Assembly: GCF_001194135.2 (NCBI RefSeq) | Contig: NC_068984.1 | Location: forward strand, 53,463,306 to 53,527,305 | From: Octopus bimaculoides | Taxonomy: Eukaryota | Length of the DNA stretch: 64,000 nucleotides | Reading direction: 5' to 3' | Program-made: the position numbers and the translations under genes | In this document: piece by piece, positions 63,410-64,000 of the stretch | Layout: the number at the start of each line of letters is the position of its first letter | Position numbering within the stretch: position 1 is the first letter of the stretch | Notes under the pieces: generated by a model | Told to the model about the DNA's origin: nothing | The model's input: only the letters and a program-made list of their open reading frames with translations | Database searches by the model: none

Positions 63410-63565
63410 GTGTATTTGCATTTATACCTGTGCGTGCGTATGCGTGTGTGTATTTACATTTATACTTGTGCGTGTGCATACATGTGTGCACTTGCATTTA
63501 TACTTGTGCGTGCGTATGCACGCGCGCTTGTGTATACGTCTATTTGCATTTATACCCATACTTAT
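63410..63565. repeat. Degenerate minisatellite, about 40-bp unit (TATTTGCATTTATACTTGTGCGTG...), 3-4 copies
   Basis: CATTTATAC(C/T) recurs at about 63419, 63457, 63494 and 63547. Confidence 0.85.
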
Positions 63566-63692
63566 ATTGATATCTATTAACATATATTTATGTATTTTTA
63601 TCCATATTTATGTTGGTACACCTTTTTACATTTCCCTATATCTACGTATATTTATATATCCTCACTCTTTCTCTGTCTCTCTCCCCTTCTCT

Positions 63693-63729
<37 letters not shown>

Positions 63730-63793
63730 CGATTTTACCTGTTTATTCGTCTTGCATTACTGTATTAAAAAATTAAGAAGTCGTTATTGTTGC

Positions 63794-63794
<1 letters not shown>

Positions 63795-63871
<77 letters not shown>

Positions 63872-63886
63872 CATTATTATTATTAC
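63795..63886. repeat. (TTA)n microsatellite
   Basis: Directly visible. Confidence 0.97.
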
Positions 63887-64000
63887 ATTTAATATTATTG
63901 CTATTTTTTATATTAATTCGTGCTTTATTTCTTTTATTTTTTAATATATTACCAAATTCTCACAAGATTAAAGTTAATTGAAGATAATTCTATAGTTTTA

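Overview
AT-rich, repeat-saturated animal genomic DNA, about 5 kb of it N gaps in 9 runs, most flanked by (TA)n/(CA)n. The SINE families, mariner and microsatellite load look to me like an octopus (coleoid cephalopod) short-read assembly; this is recall-based inference, not a database result. There is no complete gene, rRNA, real tRNA or CRISPR array. Content: (1) dozens of tRNA-derived SINE copies in about six modular families, labelled A-F here, plus an unclassified repeat H; (2) retroelement relics: several distinct RTE lineages, CR1-like, R4/Dong-like, two Penelope-like fragments and a very decayed Ty3/gypsy pol; (3) DNA elements: a near-full-length mariner pseudogene, hAT-type MITEs, a Helentron/HINE-like element, a Helitron Rep relic and fold-back elements; (4) two plausible isolated coding exons on opposite strands (462-541 minus, 60473-60561 plus), suggesting giant introns or a divergent gene pair. 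Most interesting: an uninterrupted RTE 3' end with at least three C2H2 zinc fingers, a 48-bp-stem hairpin, two degenerate hammerhead-like folds, a LINE/SINE shared 3' tail, and R4/Dong-like copies sitting in (TACA)n arrays. Most ORFs in the supplied track are microsatellite or N-gap artefacts. Boundaries of decayed elements are approximate.
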